This document shows positions 26,101-38,800 of a stretch of 64,000 nucleotides of DNA, piece by piece. The translations under genes and the position numbers were made by a program. Numbering within the stretch: position 1 is the first letter of the stretch; each line of letters begins with the position of its first letter. Source of the stretch: Eledone cirrhosa (Eukaryota); assembly GCA_964016885.1 (NCBI GenBank), contig OZ024744.1, positions 4,216,001 through 4,280,000 on the forward strand, in the 5' to 3' direction. The notes beneath the pieces were generated by a model that saw only the letters and a list, made by a program, of their open reading frames with translations, had not been told where the DNA came from and did no database searches.

Positions 26101-29100
26101 GGTAGAGAAAGATAGCTTGGTGAAGAACGAAGTTCTGAGGGAAGACAAGGTAGAGAAAGATAGCTTGGTGAAGAACGACGTTTAGTGGGAAGACAAGGTA
26201 GAAAAAGATATCTTGGTGAAGAACGAAGTTTTGACGGAAGACAAGGTAGAGAAAGAGAGCTTGCGAAGAACGAAGTTTTGGGGGAAGACAAGGTAGAGAA
26301 AGATAGCTTGGTGAAGAACGAAGTTTTGTGGGAGGACAAGGTAGAGAAAGATAGCTTGGTGAAGAACGACGTTTTGAGGGAAGACAAGGTAGAGAAAGAT
26401 AGCTTGGTGAAGAACGAAGTTTTGACGGAAGACAAGGTAGAGAAAGATAGCTTGGTGAAGAATGACGTTTTGTGGGAAGACAAGGTAGAGAAAGATAGCT
26501 TGGTGAAGAACGAAGTTTTTGGGGAAGACAAGGTAGAGAAAGATAGCTTGGTGAATAACGAAGTTTTGGGAGAAGACAAGGTCGAGAAAGATAGCTTGGT
26601 GAAGAACGAAATTTTGAGGGAAGACAAGGTAGAGAAAGATAGCTTGGTGAAGAACGACGTTTTGAAAGAAGACAAAATAGAGAAAGATAGCTTGGTGAAG
26701 AACGACGTTTTGTGGGATGACAAGGTAGAGAAAGATGACTTGGTGAAGAACGAAGTTTTGGGGGAAGACAAGGTAGATAAAGATAGCTTGGTGAAGAACG
26801 AAGTTTTGGGGGAAGACAAGGTAGAGAAAGATAGCTTGGTGAAGAACGACGTTTTGAGGGAAGACAAGGTAGAGAAAGATAGCTTGGTGAAGAACGAAGT
26901 TTTGAGGGAAGACAAGGTAGCGAAAGATAGCTTGGTGAATAACGAAGTTTTGGGGGAAGACAAGGTAGAGAAAGATAGCTTGGTGAATAACGAAGTTTTG
27001 GGGGAAGACAAGGTAGAGAAAGATAGCTTGGTGAAGAACGAAGTTCTGAGGGAAGACAAGGTAGAGAAAGATAGCTTGGTGAAGAACGACGTTTTGTGGG
27101 AAGACAAGGTAGAGAAAGATATCTTGGTGAAGAAGGAAGTTTTGACGGAAGACAAGGTAGAGAAAGATAGCTTGCGAAGAACGAAGTTTTGGGGGAAGAC
27201 AAGGTAGAGAAAGATAGCTTGGTGAAGAACGAAGTTTTGTGGGAGGACAAGGTAGAGAAAGATAGCTTGGTGAAGAACGAAGTTCTGAGGGAAGACAAGG
27301 TAGAGAAAGATAGCTTGGTGAAGAACGACGTTTTGTGGGAAGACAAGGTAGAGAAAGATATCTTGGTGAAGAAGGAAGTTTTGACGGAAGACAAGGTAGA
27401 GAAAGATAGCTTGCGAAGAACGAAGTTTTGGGGGAAGACAAGGTAGAGAAAGATAGCTTGGTGAAGAACGAAGTTTTGTGGGAGGACAAGGTAGAGAAAG
27501 ATAGCTTGGTGAAGAACGACGTTTTGAGGGAAGACAAGGTAGAGAAAGATAGCTTGGTGAAGAACGAAGTTTTGACGGAAGACAAGGTAGAGAAAGATAG
27601 CTTGGTGAAGAACGAAGTTTTGAGGGAAGACAAGGTAGCGAAAGATAGCTTGGTGAATAACGAAGTTTTGGGGGAAGACAAGGTAGAGAAAGATAGCTTG
27701 GTGAATAACGAAGTTTTGGGGGAAGACAAGGTAGAGAAAGATATCTTGGTGAAGAACGAAGTTTTGACGGAAGACAAGGTAGAGAAAGAGAGCTTGCGAA
27801 GAACGAAGTTTTGGGGGAAGACAAGGTAGAGAAAGATAGCTTGGTGAAGAACGAAGTTTTGTGGGAGGACAAGGTAGAGAAAGATAGCTTGGTGAAGAAC
27901 GACGTTTTGAGGGAAGACAAGGTAGAGAAAGATAGCTTGGTGAAGAACGAAGTTTTGACGGAAGACAAGGTAGAGAAAGATAGCTTGGTGAAGAATGACG
28001 TTTTGTGGGAAGACAAGGTAGAGAAAGATAGCTTGGTGAAGAACGAAGTTTTGGGGGAAGACAAGGTAGAGAAAGATAGCTTGGTGAAGAACGAAGTTTT
28101 GGGGGAAGACGAGGTAGAGAAAGATAGCTTGGTGAACAACGAAGTTTTGGGGGAAGACAAGGTAGAGAAAGATAGCTTGGTGAAGAACGAAGTTTTGGGG
28201 GAAGACAAGGTAGAGAAAGATAGCTTGGTGAAGAACGAAGTTTTGGGGGAAGACAAGGTAGAGAAAGATAGCTTGGTGAAGAACGACGTTTTGAGGGAAG
28301 ACAAGTTAGAGAAAGATAGCTTGGTGAATAACGAAGTTTTGACGGAAGACAAGGTAGAGAAAGATAGCTTGGTGAAGAATGACGTTTTGTGGGAAGACAA
28401 GGTAGAGAAAGATAGCTTGGTGAAGAACGAAGTTTTGTATGAAGACAAGCTAGAAAAAGATAGCTTGGTGAAGAACGAAGTTTTAGGGGAAGACAAGGTA
28501 GAGAAAGATAGCTTGGTGAAGAACGAAGTTTTGGGTGAAGACAAGGTAGAGAAAGATAGCTTGGTGAAGAACGAAGTTCTGAGGGAAGACAAGGTAGAGA
28601 AAGATAGCTTGGTGAAGAACGAAGTTTTGGGAGGAGACAAGGTAGAGAAAGATATCTTGGTGAAGAACGAAGTTTTGACGGAAGACAAGGTAGAGAAAGA
28701 TAGCTGGGTAAAGAATGACGTTTTGTGGGAAGACAAGGTAGAGAAAGATAGCTTGGTGAAGAACGAAGTTTTGTGTGAAGACAAGCTAGAGAAAGATAGC
28801 TTGGTGAAGAACGAAGTTTTGAGGGAAGACAAGGTAGAGAAAGATAGCTTGGTGAATAACGAAGTTTTGGGAGAAGACAAGGTAGAGAAAGATAGCTTGC
28901 TGAAGAACGAAGTTTTGGGGGAAGACAAGGTAGAGCAAGATAGCTTGGTGAAGAACGAAGTTTTGAGGGAAGACAAGGTAGCGAAAGATAGCTTGGTGAA
29001 TAACGAAGTTTTGGGGGAAGACAAGGTAGAGAAAGATAGCTTGGTGAATAACGAAGTTTTGGGAGAAGACAAGGTCGAGAAAGATAGCTTGGTGAAGAAC

Positions 29101-29892
29101 GAAATTTTGAGGGAAGACAAGGTAGAGAAAGATAGCTTGGTGAAGAACGACGTTTTGAGGGAAGACAAAATAGAGAAAGATAGCTTGGTGAAGAACGACG
29201 TTTTGTGGGATGACAAGGTAGAGAAAGATGACTTGGTGAAGAACGAAGTTTTGGGGGAAGACAAGGTAGATAAAGATAGCTTGGTGAAGAACGAAGTTTT
29301 GGGGGAAGACAAGGTAGAGAAAGATAGCTTGGTGAAGAACGACGTTTTGAGGGAAGACAAGGTAGAGAAGGATAGCTTGGTGAAGAACGAAGTTTTGGGG
29401 AAGACAATGTAGAGAAAGATAGCTTGGTGAAGAACGAAGTTTTGGGGGAAGTCAAGGTAGAGAAAGATAGCTTGGTGAAGAACGAAGTTCTGAGGGAAGA
29501 CAAGGTAGAGAAAGATAGCTTGGTGAAGAACGACGTTTAGTGGGAAGACAAGGTAGAAAAAGATATCTTGGTGAAGAACGAAGTTTTGACGGAAGACAAG
29601 GTAGAGAAAGAGAGCTTGCGAAGAACGAAGTTTTGGGGGAAGACAAGGTAGAGAAAGATAGCTTGGTGAAGAACGAAGTTTTGTGGGAGGACAAGGTAGA
29701 GAAAGATAGCTTGGTGAAGAACGACGTTTTGAGGGAAGACAAGGTAGAGAAAGATAGCTTGGTGAAGAACGAAGTTTTGACGGAAGACAAGGTAGAGAAA
29801 GATAGCTTGGTGAAGAATGACGTTTTGTGGGAAGACAAGGTAGAGAAAGATAGCTTGGTGAAGAACGAAGTTTTTGGGGAAGACAAGGTAGA
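23166..29892 (+). repeat. Tandem duplication, offset 3355 bp (70 monomers minus 5 nt)
   Basis: ORF pairs 23834/27189, 24073/27428, 24456/27811 (identical 533 aa) and 26185/29540. Four private variants each occur exactly twice at this offset: ttgaaagaa (LKE), agctgggta (SWV), gagaaggat and gaagtcaag. Confidence 0.92.
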
Positions 29893-32850
29893 AAAAGATA
29901 GCTTGGTGAAGAACGAAGTTTTAGGGGAAGACAAGGTAGAGAAAGATAGCTTGGTGAAGAACGAAGTTTTGGGGGAAGACAAGGTAGAGAAAGATAGCTT
30001 GGTGAAGAACGAAGTTTTGGGGGAAGACAAGGTAGAGAAAGATAGCTTGGTGAAGAACGAAGTTTTGGGGGAAGACAAGGTAGAGAAAGATAGCTTGGTG
30101 AAGAACGAAGTTTTGGGGGAAGACAAGGTAGAGAAAGATAGCTTGGTGAAGAACGACGTTTTGAGGGAAGACAAGTTAGAGAAAGATAGCTTGGTGAAGA
30201 ACGAAGTTTTGACGGAAGACAAGGTAGAGAAAGATAGCTTGGTGAAGAATGACGTTTTGTGGGAAGACAAGGTAGAGAAAGATAGCTTGGTGAAGAACGA
30301 AGTTTTGTATGAAGACAAGCTAGAAAAAGATAGCTTGGTGAAGAACGAAGTTTTAGGGGAAGACAAGGTAGAGAAAGATAGCTTGGTGAAGAACGAAGTT
30401 TTGGGGGAAGACAAGGTAGAGAAAGATAGCTTGGTGAAGAACAAAGTTTTGGGGGAAGACAAGGTAGAGAAAGATAGCTTGGTGAAGAACGAAGTTTTGA
30501 GGGAAGACGAGGTAGAGAAAGATAGCTTGGTGAAGAACGAAGTTTTGGGGGAAGACAAGGTAGAGAAAGATAGCTTGGTGAAGAACGAAGTTTTGGGGGA
30601 AGACAAGGTAGAGAAAGATAGCTTGGTGAAGAACGACGTTTTGAGGGAAGACAAGGTCGTGAAAGATAGCTTGGTGAAGAACGAAGTTTTGGGGAAGACA
30701 ATGTAGAGAAAGATAGCTTGGTGAAGAACGAAGTTTTGGGGGAAGACAAGGTAGAGAAAGATAGCTTGGTGAATAACGAAGTTTTGACGGAAGACAAGGT
30801 AGAGAAAGATAGTTTGGTGAAGAATGACGTTTTGTGGGAAGACAAGGTAGAGAAAGATAGCTTGGTGAAGAACGAAGTTTTGTATGAAGACAAGCTAGAA
30901 AAAGATAGCTTGGTGAAGAACGAAGTTTTAGGGGAAGACAAGGTAGAGAAAGATAGCTTGGTGAAGAACGAAGTTTTGGGTGAAGACAAGGTAGAGAAAG
31001 ATAGCTTGGTGAAGAACGAAGTTCTGAGGGAAGACAAGGTAGAGAAAGATAGCTTGGTGAAGAACGAAGTTTTGGGAGGAGACAAGGTAGAGAAAGATAT
31101 CTTGGTGAAGAACGAAGTTTTGACGGAAGACAAGGTAGAGAAAGATAGCTTGGTAAAGAATGACGTTTTGTGGGAAGACAAGGTAGAGAAAGATAGCTTG
31201 GTGAAGAACGAAGTTTTGTGTGAAGACAAGCTAGAGAAAGATAGCTTGGTGAAGAACGAAGTTTTGAGGGAAGACAAGGTAGAGAAAGATAGCTTGGTGA
31301 ATAACGAAGTTTTGGGAGAAGACAAGGTAGAGAAAGATAGCTTGCTGAAGAACGAAGTTTTGGGGGAAGACAAGGTAGAGCAAGATAGCTTGGTGAAGAA
31401 CGAAGTTTTGAGGGAAGACAAGGTAGCGAAAGATAGCTTGGTGAATAACGAAGTTTTGGGGGAAGACAAGGTAGAGAAAGATAGCTTGGTGAATAACGAA
31501 GTTTTGGGAGAAGACAAGGTCGAGAAAGATAGCTTGGTGAAGAACGAAATTTTGAGGGAAGACAAGGTAGAGAAAGATAGCTTGGTGAAGAACGACGTTT
31601 TGAGGGAAGACAAAATAGAGAAAGATAGCTTGGTGAAGAACGACGTTTTGTGGGATGACAAGGTAGAGAAAGATGACTTGGTGAAGAACGAAGTTTTGGG
31701 GGAAGACAAGGTAGATAAAGATAGCTTGGTGAAGAACGAAGTTTTGGGGGAAGACAAGGTAGAGAAAGATAGCTTGGTGAAGAACGACGTTTTGAGGGAA
31801 GACAAGGTAGAGAAAGATAGCTTGGTGAAGAACGAAGTTTTGGGGAAGACAATGTAGAGAAAGATAGCTTGGTGAAGAACGAAGTTTTGGGGGAAGACAA
31901 GGTAGAGAAAGATAGCTTGGTGAAGAACGAAGTTCTGAGGGAAGACAAGGTAGAGAAAGATAGCTTGGTGAAGAACGACGTTTAGTGGGAAGACAAGGTA
32001 GAAAAAGATATCTTGGTGAAGAACGAAGTTTTGACGGAAGACAAGGTAGAGAAAGAGAGCTTGCGAAGAACGAAGTTTTGGGGGAAGACAAGGTAGAGAA
32101 AGATAGCTTGGTGAAGAACGAAGTTTTGTGGGAGGACAAGGTAGAGAAAGATAGCTTGGTGAAGAACGACGTTTTGAGGGAAGACAAGGTAGAGAAAGAT
32201 AGCTTGGTGAAGAACGAAGTTTTGACGGAAGACAAGGTAGAGAAAGATAGCTTGGTGAAGAATGACGTTTTGTGGGAAGACAAGGTAGAGAAAGATAGCT
32301 TGGTGAAGAACGAAGTTTTGGGGGAAGACAAGGTAGAGAAAGATAGCTTGGTGAAGAACGAAGTTTTGGGGGAAGACGAGGTAGAGAAAGATAGCTTGGT
32401 GAAGAACGAAGTTTTGGGGGAAGACAAGGTAGAGAAAGATAGCTTGGTGAAGAACGAAGTTTTGGGGGAAGACAAGGTAGAGAAAGATAGCTTGGTGAAG
32501 AACGAAGTTTTGGGGGAAGACAAGGTAGAGAAAGATAGCTTGGTGAAGAACGACGTTTTGAGGGAAGACAAGTTAGAGAAAGATAGCTTGGTGAAGAACG
32601 AAGTTTTGAGGGAAGACAAGGTAGAGAAAGATAGCTTGGTGAAGAACGACGTTTTGAGGGAAGACAAAATAGAGAAAGATAGCTTGGTGAAGAACGACGT
32701 TTTGTGGGATGACAAGGTAGAGAAAGATGACTTGGTGAAGAACGAAGTTTTGGGGGAAGACAAGGTAGATAAAGATAGCTTGGTGAAGAACGAAGTTTTG
32801 GGGGAAGACAAGGTAGAGAAAGATAGCTTGGTGAAGAACGACGTTTTGAG

Positions 32851-35800
32851 GGAAGACAAGGTAGAGAAAGATAGCTTGGTGAAGAACGAAGTTTTGGGGA
32901 AGACAATGTAGAGAAAGATAGCTTGGTGAAGAACGAAGTTTTGGGGGAAGACAAGGTAGAGAAAGATAGCTTGGTGAAGAACGAAGTTCTGAGGGAAGAC
33001 AAGGTAGAGAAAGATAGCTTGGTGAAGAACGACGTTTAGTGGGAAGACAAGGTAGAAAAAGATATCTTGGTGAAGAACGAAGTTTTGACGGAAGACAAGG
33101 TAGAGAAAGAGAGCTTGCGAAGAACGAAGTTTTGGGGGAAGACAAGGTAGAGAAAGATAGCTTGGTGAAGAACGAAGTTTTGTGGGAGGACAAGGTAGAG
33201 AAAGATAGCTTGGTGAAGAACGACGTTTTGAGGGAAGACAAGGTAGAGAAAGATAGCTTGGTGAAGAACGAAGTTTTGACGGAAGACAAGGTAGAGAAAG
33301 ATAGCTTGGTGAAGAATGACGTTTTGTGGGAAGACAAGGTAGAGAAAGATAGCTTGGTGAAGAACGAAGTTTTGGGGGAAGACAAGGTAGAGAAAGATAG
33401 CTTGGTGAAGAACGAAGTTTTGGGGGAAGACGAGGTAGAGAAAGATAGCTTGGTGAACAACGAAGTTTTGGGGGAAGACAAGGTAGAGAAAGATAGCTTG
33501 GTGAAGAACGAAGTTTTGGGGGAAGACAAGGTAGAGAAAGATAGCTTGGTGAAGAACGAAGTTTTGGGGGAAGACAAGGTAGAGAAAGATAGCTTGGTGA
33601 AGAACGACGTTTTGAGGGAAGACAAGTTAGAGAAAGATAGCTTGGTGAAGAACGAAGTTTTGACGGAAGACAAGGTAGAGAAAGATAGCTTGGTGAAGAA
33701 TGACGTTTTGTGGGAAGACAAGGTAGAGAAAGATAGCTTGGTGAAGAACGAAGTTTTGTATGAAGACAAGCTAGAAAAAGATAGCTTGGTGAAGAACGAA
33801 GTTTTAGGGGAAGACAAGGTAGAGAAAGATAGCTTGGTGAAGAACGAAGTTTTGGGGGAAGACAAGGTAGAGAAAGATAGCTTGGTGAAGAACAAAGTTT
33901 TGGGGGAAGACAAGGTAGAGAAAGATAGCTTGGTGAAGAACGAAGTTTTGAGGGAAGACGAGGTAGAGAAAGATAGCTCGGTGAAGAACGAAGTTTTGGG
34001 GGAAGACAAGGTAGAGAAAGATAGCTTGGTGAAGAACGAAGTTTTGGGGGAAGACAAGGTAGAGAAAGATAGCTTGGTGAAGAACGACGTTTTGAGGGAA
34101 GACAAGGTCGTGAAAGATAGCTTGGTGAAGAACGAAGTTTTGGGGAAGACAATGTAGAGAAAGATAGCTTGGTGAAGAACGAAGTTTTGGGGGAAGACAA
34201 GGTAGAGAAAGATAGCTTGGTGAAGAACGAAGTTCTGAGGGAAGACAAGGTAGAGAAAGATAGCTTGGTGAAGAACGAAGTTTTGGGAGGAGACAAGGTA
34301 GAGAAAGATATCTTGGTGAAGAACGAAGTTTTGACGGAAGACAAGGTAGAGAAAGATAGCTTGGTGAAGAATGACGTTTTGTGGGAAGACAAGGTAGAGA
34401 AAGATAGCTTGGTGAAGAACGAAGTTTTGTGTGAAGACAAGCTAGAGAAAGATAGCTTGGTGAAGAACGAAGTTTTGAGGGAAGACAAGGTAGAGAAAGA
34501 TAGCTTGGTGAAGAACGACGTTTAGTGGGAAGACAAGGTAGAAAAAGATATCTTGGTGAAGAACGAAGTTTTGACGGAAGACAAGGTAGAGAAAGAGAGC
34601 TTGCGAAGAACGAAGTTTTGGGGGAAGACAAGGTAGAGAAAGATAGCTTGGTGAAGAACGAAGTTTTGTGGGAGGACAAGGTAGAGAAAGATAGCTTGGT
34701 GAAGAACGACGTTTTGAGGGAAGACAAGGTAGAGAAAGATAGCTTGGTGAAGAACGAAGTTTTGACGGAAGACAAGGTAGAGAAAGATAGCTTGGTGAAG
34801 AATGACGTTTTGTGGGAAGACAAGGTAGAGAAAGATAGCTTGGTGAAGAACGAAGTTTTTGGGGAAGACAAGGTAGAGAAAGATAGCTTGGTGAAGAACG
34901 AAGTTTTGGGGGAAGACGAGGTAGAGAAAGATAGCTTGGTGAACAACGAAGTTTTGGGGGAAGACAAGGTAGAGAAAGATAGCTTGGTGAAGAACGAAGT
35001 TTTGGGGGAAGACAAGGTAGAGAAAGATAGCTTGGTGAAGAACGAAGTTTTGGGGGAAGACAAGGTAGAGAAAGATAGCTTGGTGAAGAACGACGTTTTG
35101 AGGGAAGACAAGTTAGAGAAAGATAGCTTGGTGAAGAACGAAGTTTTGACGGAAGACAAGGTAGAGAAAGATAGCTTGGTGAAGAATGACGTTTTGTGGG
35201 AAGACAAGGTAGAGAAAGATAGCTTGGTGAAGAACGAAGTTTTGTATGAAGACAAGCTAGAAAAAGATAGCTTGGTGAAGAACGAAGTTTTAGGGGAAGA
35301 CAAGGTAGAGAAAGATAGCTTGGTGAAGAACGAAGTTTTGGGGGAAGACAAGGTAGAGAAAGATAGCTTGGTGAAGAACAAAGTTTTGGGGGAAGACAAG
35401 GTAGAGAAAGATAGCTTGGTGAAGAACGAAGTTTTGAGGGAAGACGAGGTAGAGAAAGATAGCTTGGTGAAGAACGAAGTTTTGGGGGAAGACAAGGTAG
35501 AGAAAGATAGCTTGGTGAAGAACGAAGTTTTGGGGGAAGACAAGGTAGAGAAAGATAGCTTGGTGAAGAACGACGTTTTGAGGGAAGACAAGGTCGTGAA
35601 AGATAGCTTGGTGAAGAACGAAGTTTTGGGGAAGACAATGTAGAGAAAGATAGCTTGGTGAAGAACGAAGTTTTGGGGGAAGACAAGGTAGAGAAAGATA
35701 GCTTGGTGAATAACGAAGTTTTGACGGAAGACAAGGTAGAGAAAGATAGCTTGGTGAAGAATGACGTTTTGTGGGAAGACAAGGTAGAGAAAGATAGCTT

Positions 35801-38800
35801 GGTGAAGAACGAAGTTTTGTATGAAGACAAGCTAGAAAAAGATAGCTTGGTGAAGAACGAAGTTTTAGGGGAAGACAAGGTAGAGAAAGATAGCTTGGTG
35901 AAGAACGAAGTTTTGGGTGAAGACAAGGTAGAGAAAGATAGCTTGGTGAAGAACGAAGTTCTGAGGGAAGACAAGGTAGAGAAAGATAGCTTGGTGAAGA
36001 ACGAAGTTTTGGGAGGAGACAAGGTAGAGAAAGATATCTTGGTGAAGAACGAAGTTTTGACGGAAGACAAGGTAGAGAAAGATAGCTTGGTAAAGAATGA
36101 CGTTTTGTGGGAAGACAAGGTAGAGAAAGATAGCTTGGTGAAGAACGAAGTTTTGTGTGAAGACAAGCTAGAGAAAGATAGCTTGGTGAAGAACGAAGTT
36201 TTGAGGGAAGACAAGGTAGAGAAAGATAGCTTGGTGAATAACGAAGTTTTGGGAGAAGACAAGGTAGAGAAAGATAGCTTGCTGAAGAACGAAGTTTTGG
36301 GGGAAGACAAGGTAGAGCAAGATAGCTTGGTGAAGAACGAAGTTTTGAGGGAAGACAAGGTAGCGAAAGATAGCTTGGTGAATAACGAAGTTTTGGGGGA
36401 AGACAAGGTAGAGAAAGATAGCTTGGTGAATAACGAAGTTTTGGGAGAAGACAAGGTCGAGAAAGATAGCTTGGTGAAGAACGAAATTTTGAGGGAAGAC
36501 AAGGTAGAGAAAGATAGCTTGGTGAAGAACGACGTTTTGAGGGAAGACAAAATAGAGAAAGATAGCTTGGTGAAGAACGACGTTTTGTGGGATGACAAGG
36601 TAGAGAAAGATGACTTGGTGAAGAACGAAGTTTTGGGGGAAGACAAGGTAGATAAAGATAGCTTGGTGAAGAACGAAGTTTTGGGGGAAGACAAGGTAGA
36701 GAAAGATAGCTTGGTGAAGAACGACGTTTTGAGGGAAGACAAGGTAGAGAAAGATAGCTTGGTGAAGAACGAAGTTTTGGGGAAGACAATGTAGAGAAAG
36801 ATAGCTTGGTGAAGAACGAAGTTTTGGGGGAAGACAAGGTAGAGAAAGATAGCTTGGTGAAGAACGAAGTTCTGAGGGAAGACAAGGTAGAGAAAGATAG
36901 CTTGGTGAAGAACGACGTTTAGTGGGAAGACAAGGTAGAAAAAGATATCTTGGTGAAGAACGAAGTTTTGACGGAAGACAAGGTAGAGAAAGAGAGCTTG
37001 CGAAGAACGAAGTTTTGGGGGAAGACAAGGTAGAGAAAGATAGCTTGGTGAAGAACGAAGTTTTGTGGGAGGACAAGGTAGAGAAAGATAGCTTGGTGAA
37101 GAACGACGTTTTGAGGGAAGACAAGGTAGAGAAAGATAGCTTGGTGAAGAACGAAGTTTTGACGGAAGACAAGGTAGAGAAAGATAGCTTGGTGAGGAAT
37201 GACGTTTTGTGGGAAGACAAGGTAGAGAAAGATAGCTTGGTGAAGAACGAAGTTTTGGGGGAAGACAAGGTAGAGAAAGATAGCTTGGTGAAGAACGAAG
37301 TTTTGGGGGAAGACGAGGTAGAGAAAGATAGCTTGGTGAACAACGAAGTTTTGGGGGAAGACAAGGTAGAGAAAGATAGCTTGGTGAAGAACGAAGTTTT
37401 GGGGGAAGACAAGGTAGAGAAAGATAGCTTGGTGAAGAACGAAGTTTTGGGGGAAGACAAGGTAGAGAAAGATAGCTTGGTGAAGAACGACGTTTTGAGG
37501 GAAGACAAGTTAGAGAAAGATAGCTTGGTGAAGAACGAAGTTTTGACGGAAGACAAGGTAGAGAAAGATAGCTTGGTGAAGAATGACGTTTTGTGGGAAG
37601 ACAAGGTAGAGAAAGATAGCTTGGTGAAGAACGAAGTTTTGTATGAAGACAAGCTAGAAAAAGATAGCTTGGTGAAGAACGAAGTTTTAGGGGAAGACAA
37701 GGTAGAGAAAGATAGCTTGGTGAAGAACGAAGTTTTGGGGGAAGACAAGGTAGAGAAAGATAGCTTGGTGAAGAACAAAGTTTTGGGGGAAGACAAGGTA
37801 GAGAAAGATAGCTTGGTGAAGAACGAAGTTTTGAGGGAAGACGAGGTAGAGAAAGATAGCTTGGTGAAGAACGAAGTTTTGGGGGAAGACAAGGTAGAGA
37901 AAGATAGCTTGGTGAAGAACGAAGTTTTGGGGGAAGACAAGGTAGAGAAAGATAGCTTGGTGAAGAACGACGTTTTGAGGGAAGACAAGGTCGTGAAAGA
38001 TAGCTTGGTGAAGAACGAAGTTTTGGGGAAGACAATGTAGAGAAAGATAGCTTGGTGAAGAACGAAGTTTTGGGGGAAGACAAGGTAGAGAAAGATAGCT
38101 TGGTGAAGAACGAAGTTCTGAGGGAAGACAAGGTAGAGAAAGATAGCTTGGTGAAGAACGAAGTTTTGGGAGGAGACAAGGTAGAGAAAGATATCTTGGT
38201 GAAGAACGAAGTTTTGACGGAAGACAAGGTAGAGAAAGATAGCTTGGTGAAGAATGACGTTTTGTGGGAAGACAAGGTAGAGAAAGATAGCTTGGTGAAG
38301 AACGAAGTTTTGTGTGAAGACAAGCTAGAGAAAGATAGCTTGGTGAAGAACGAAGTTTTGAGGGAAGACAAGGTAGAGAAAGATAGCTTGGTGAATAACG
38401 AAGTTTTGGGAGAAGACAAGGTAGAGAAAGATAGCTTGGTGAAGAACGAAGTTTTGGGGGAAGACAAGGTAGAGAAAGATAGCTTGGTGAAGAACGAAGT
38501 TTTGAGGGAAGACAAGGTAGCGAAAGATAGCTTGGTGAATAACGAAGTTTTGGGGGAAGACAAGGTAGAGAAAGATAGCTTGGTGAATAACGAAGTTTTG
38601 GGAGAAGACAAGGTCGAGAAAGATAGCTTGGTGAAGAACGAAAGTTTGAGGGAAGACAAGGTAGAGAAAGATAGCTTGGTGAATAACGAAGTTTTGGGGG
38701 AAGACAAGGTAGAGAAAGATAGCTTGGTGAATAACGAAGTTTTGGGAGAAGACAAGGTCGAGAAAGATAGCTTGGTGAAGAACGAAATTTTGAGGGAAGA

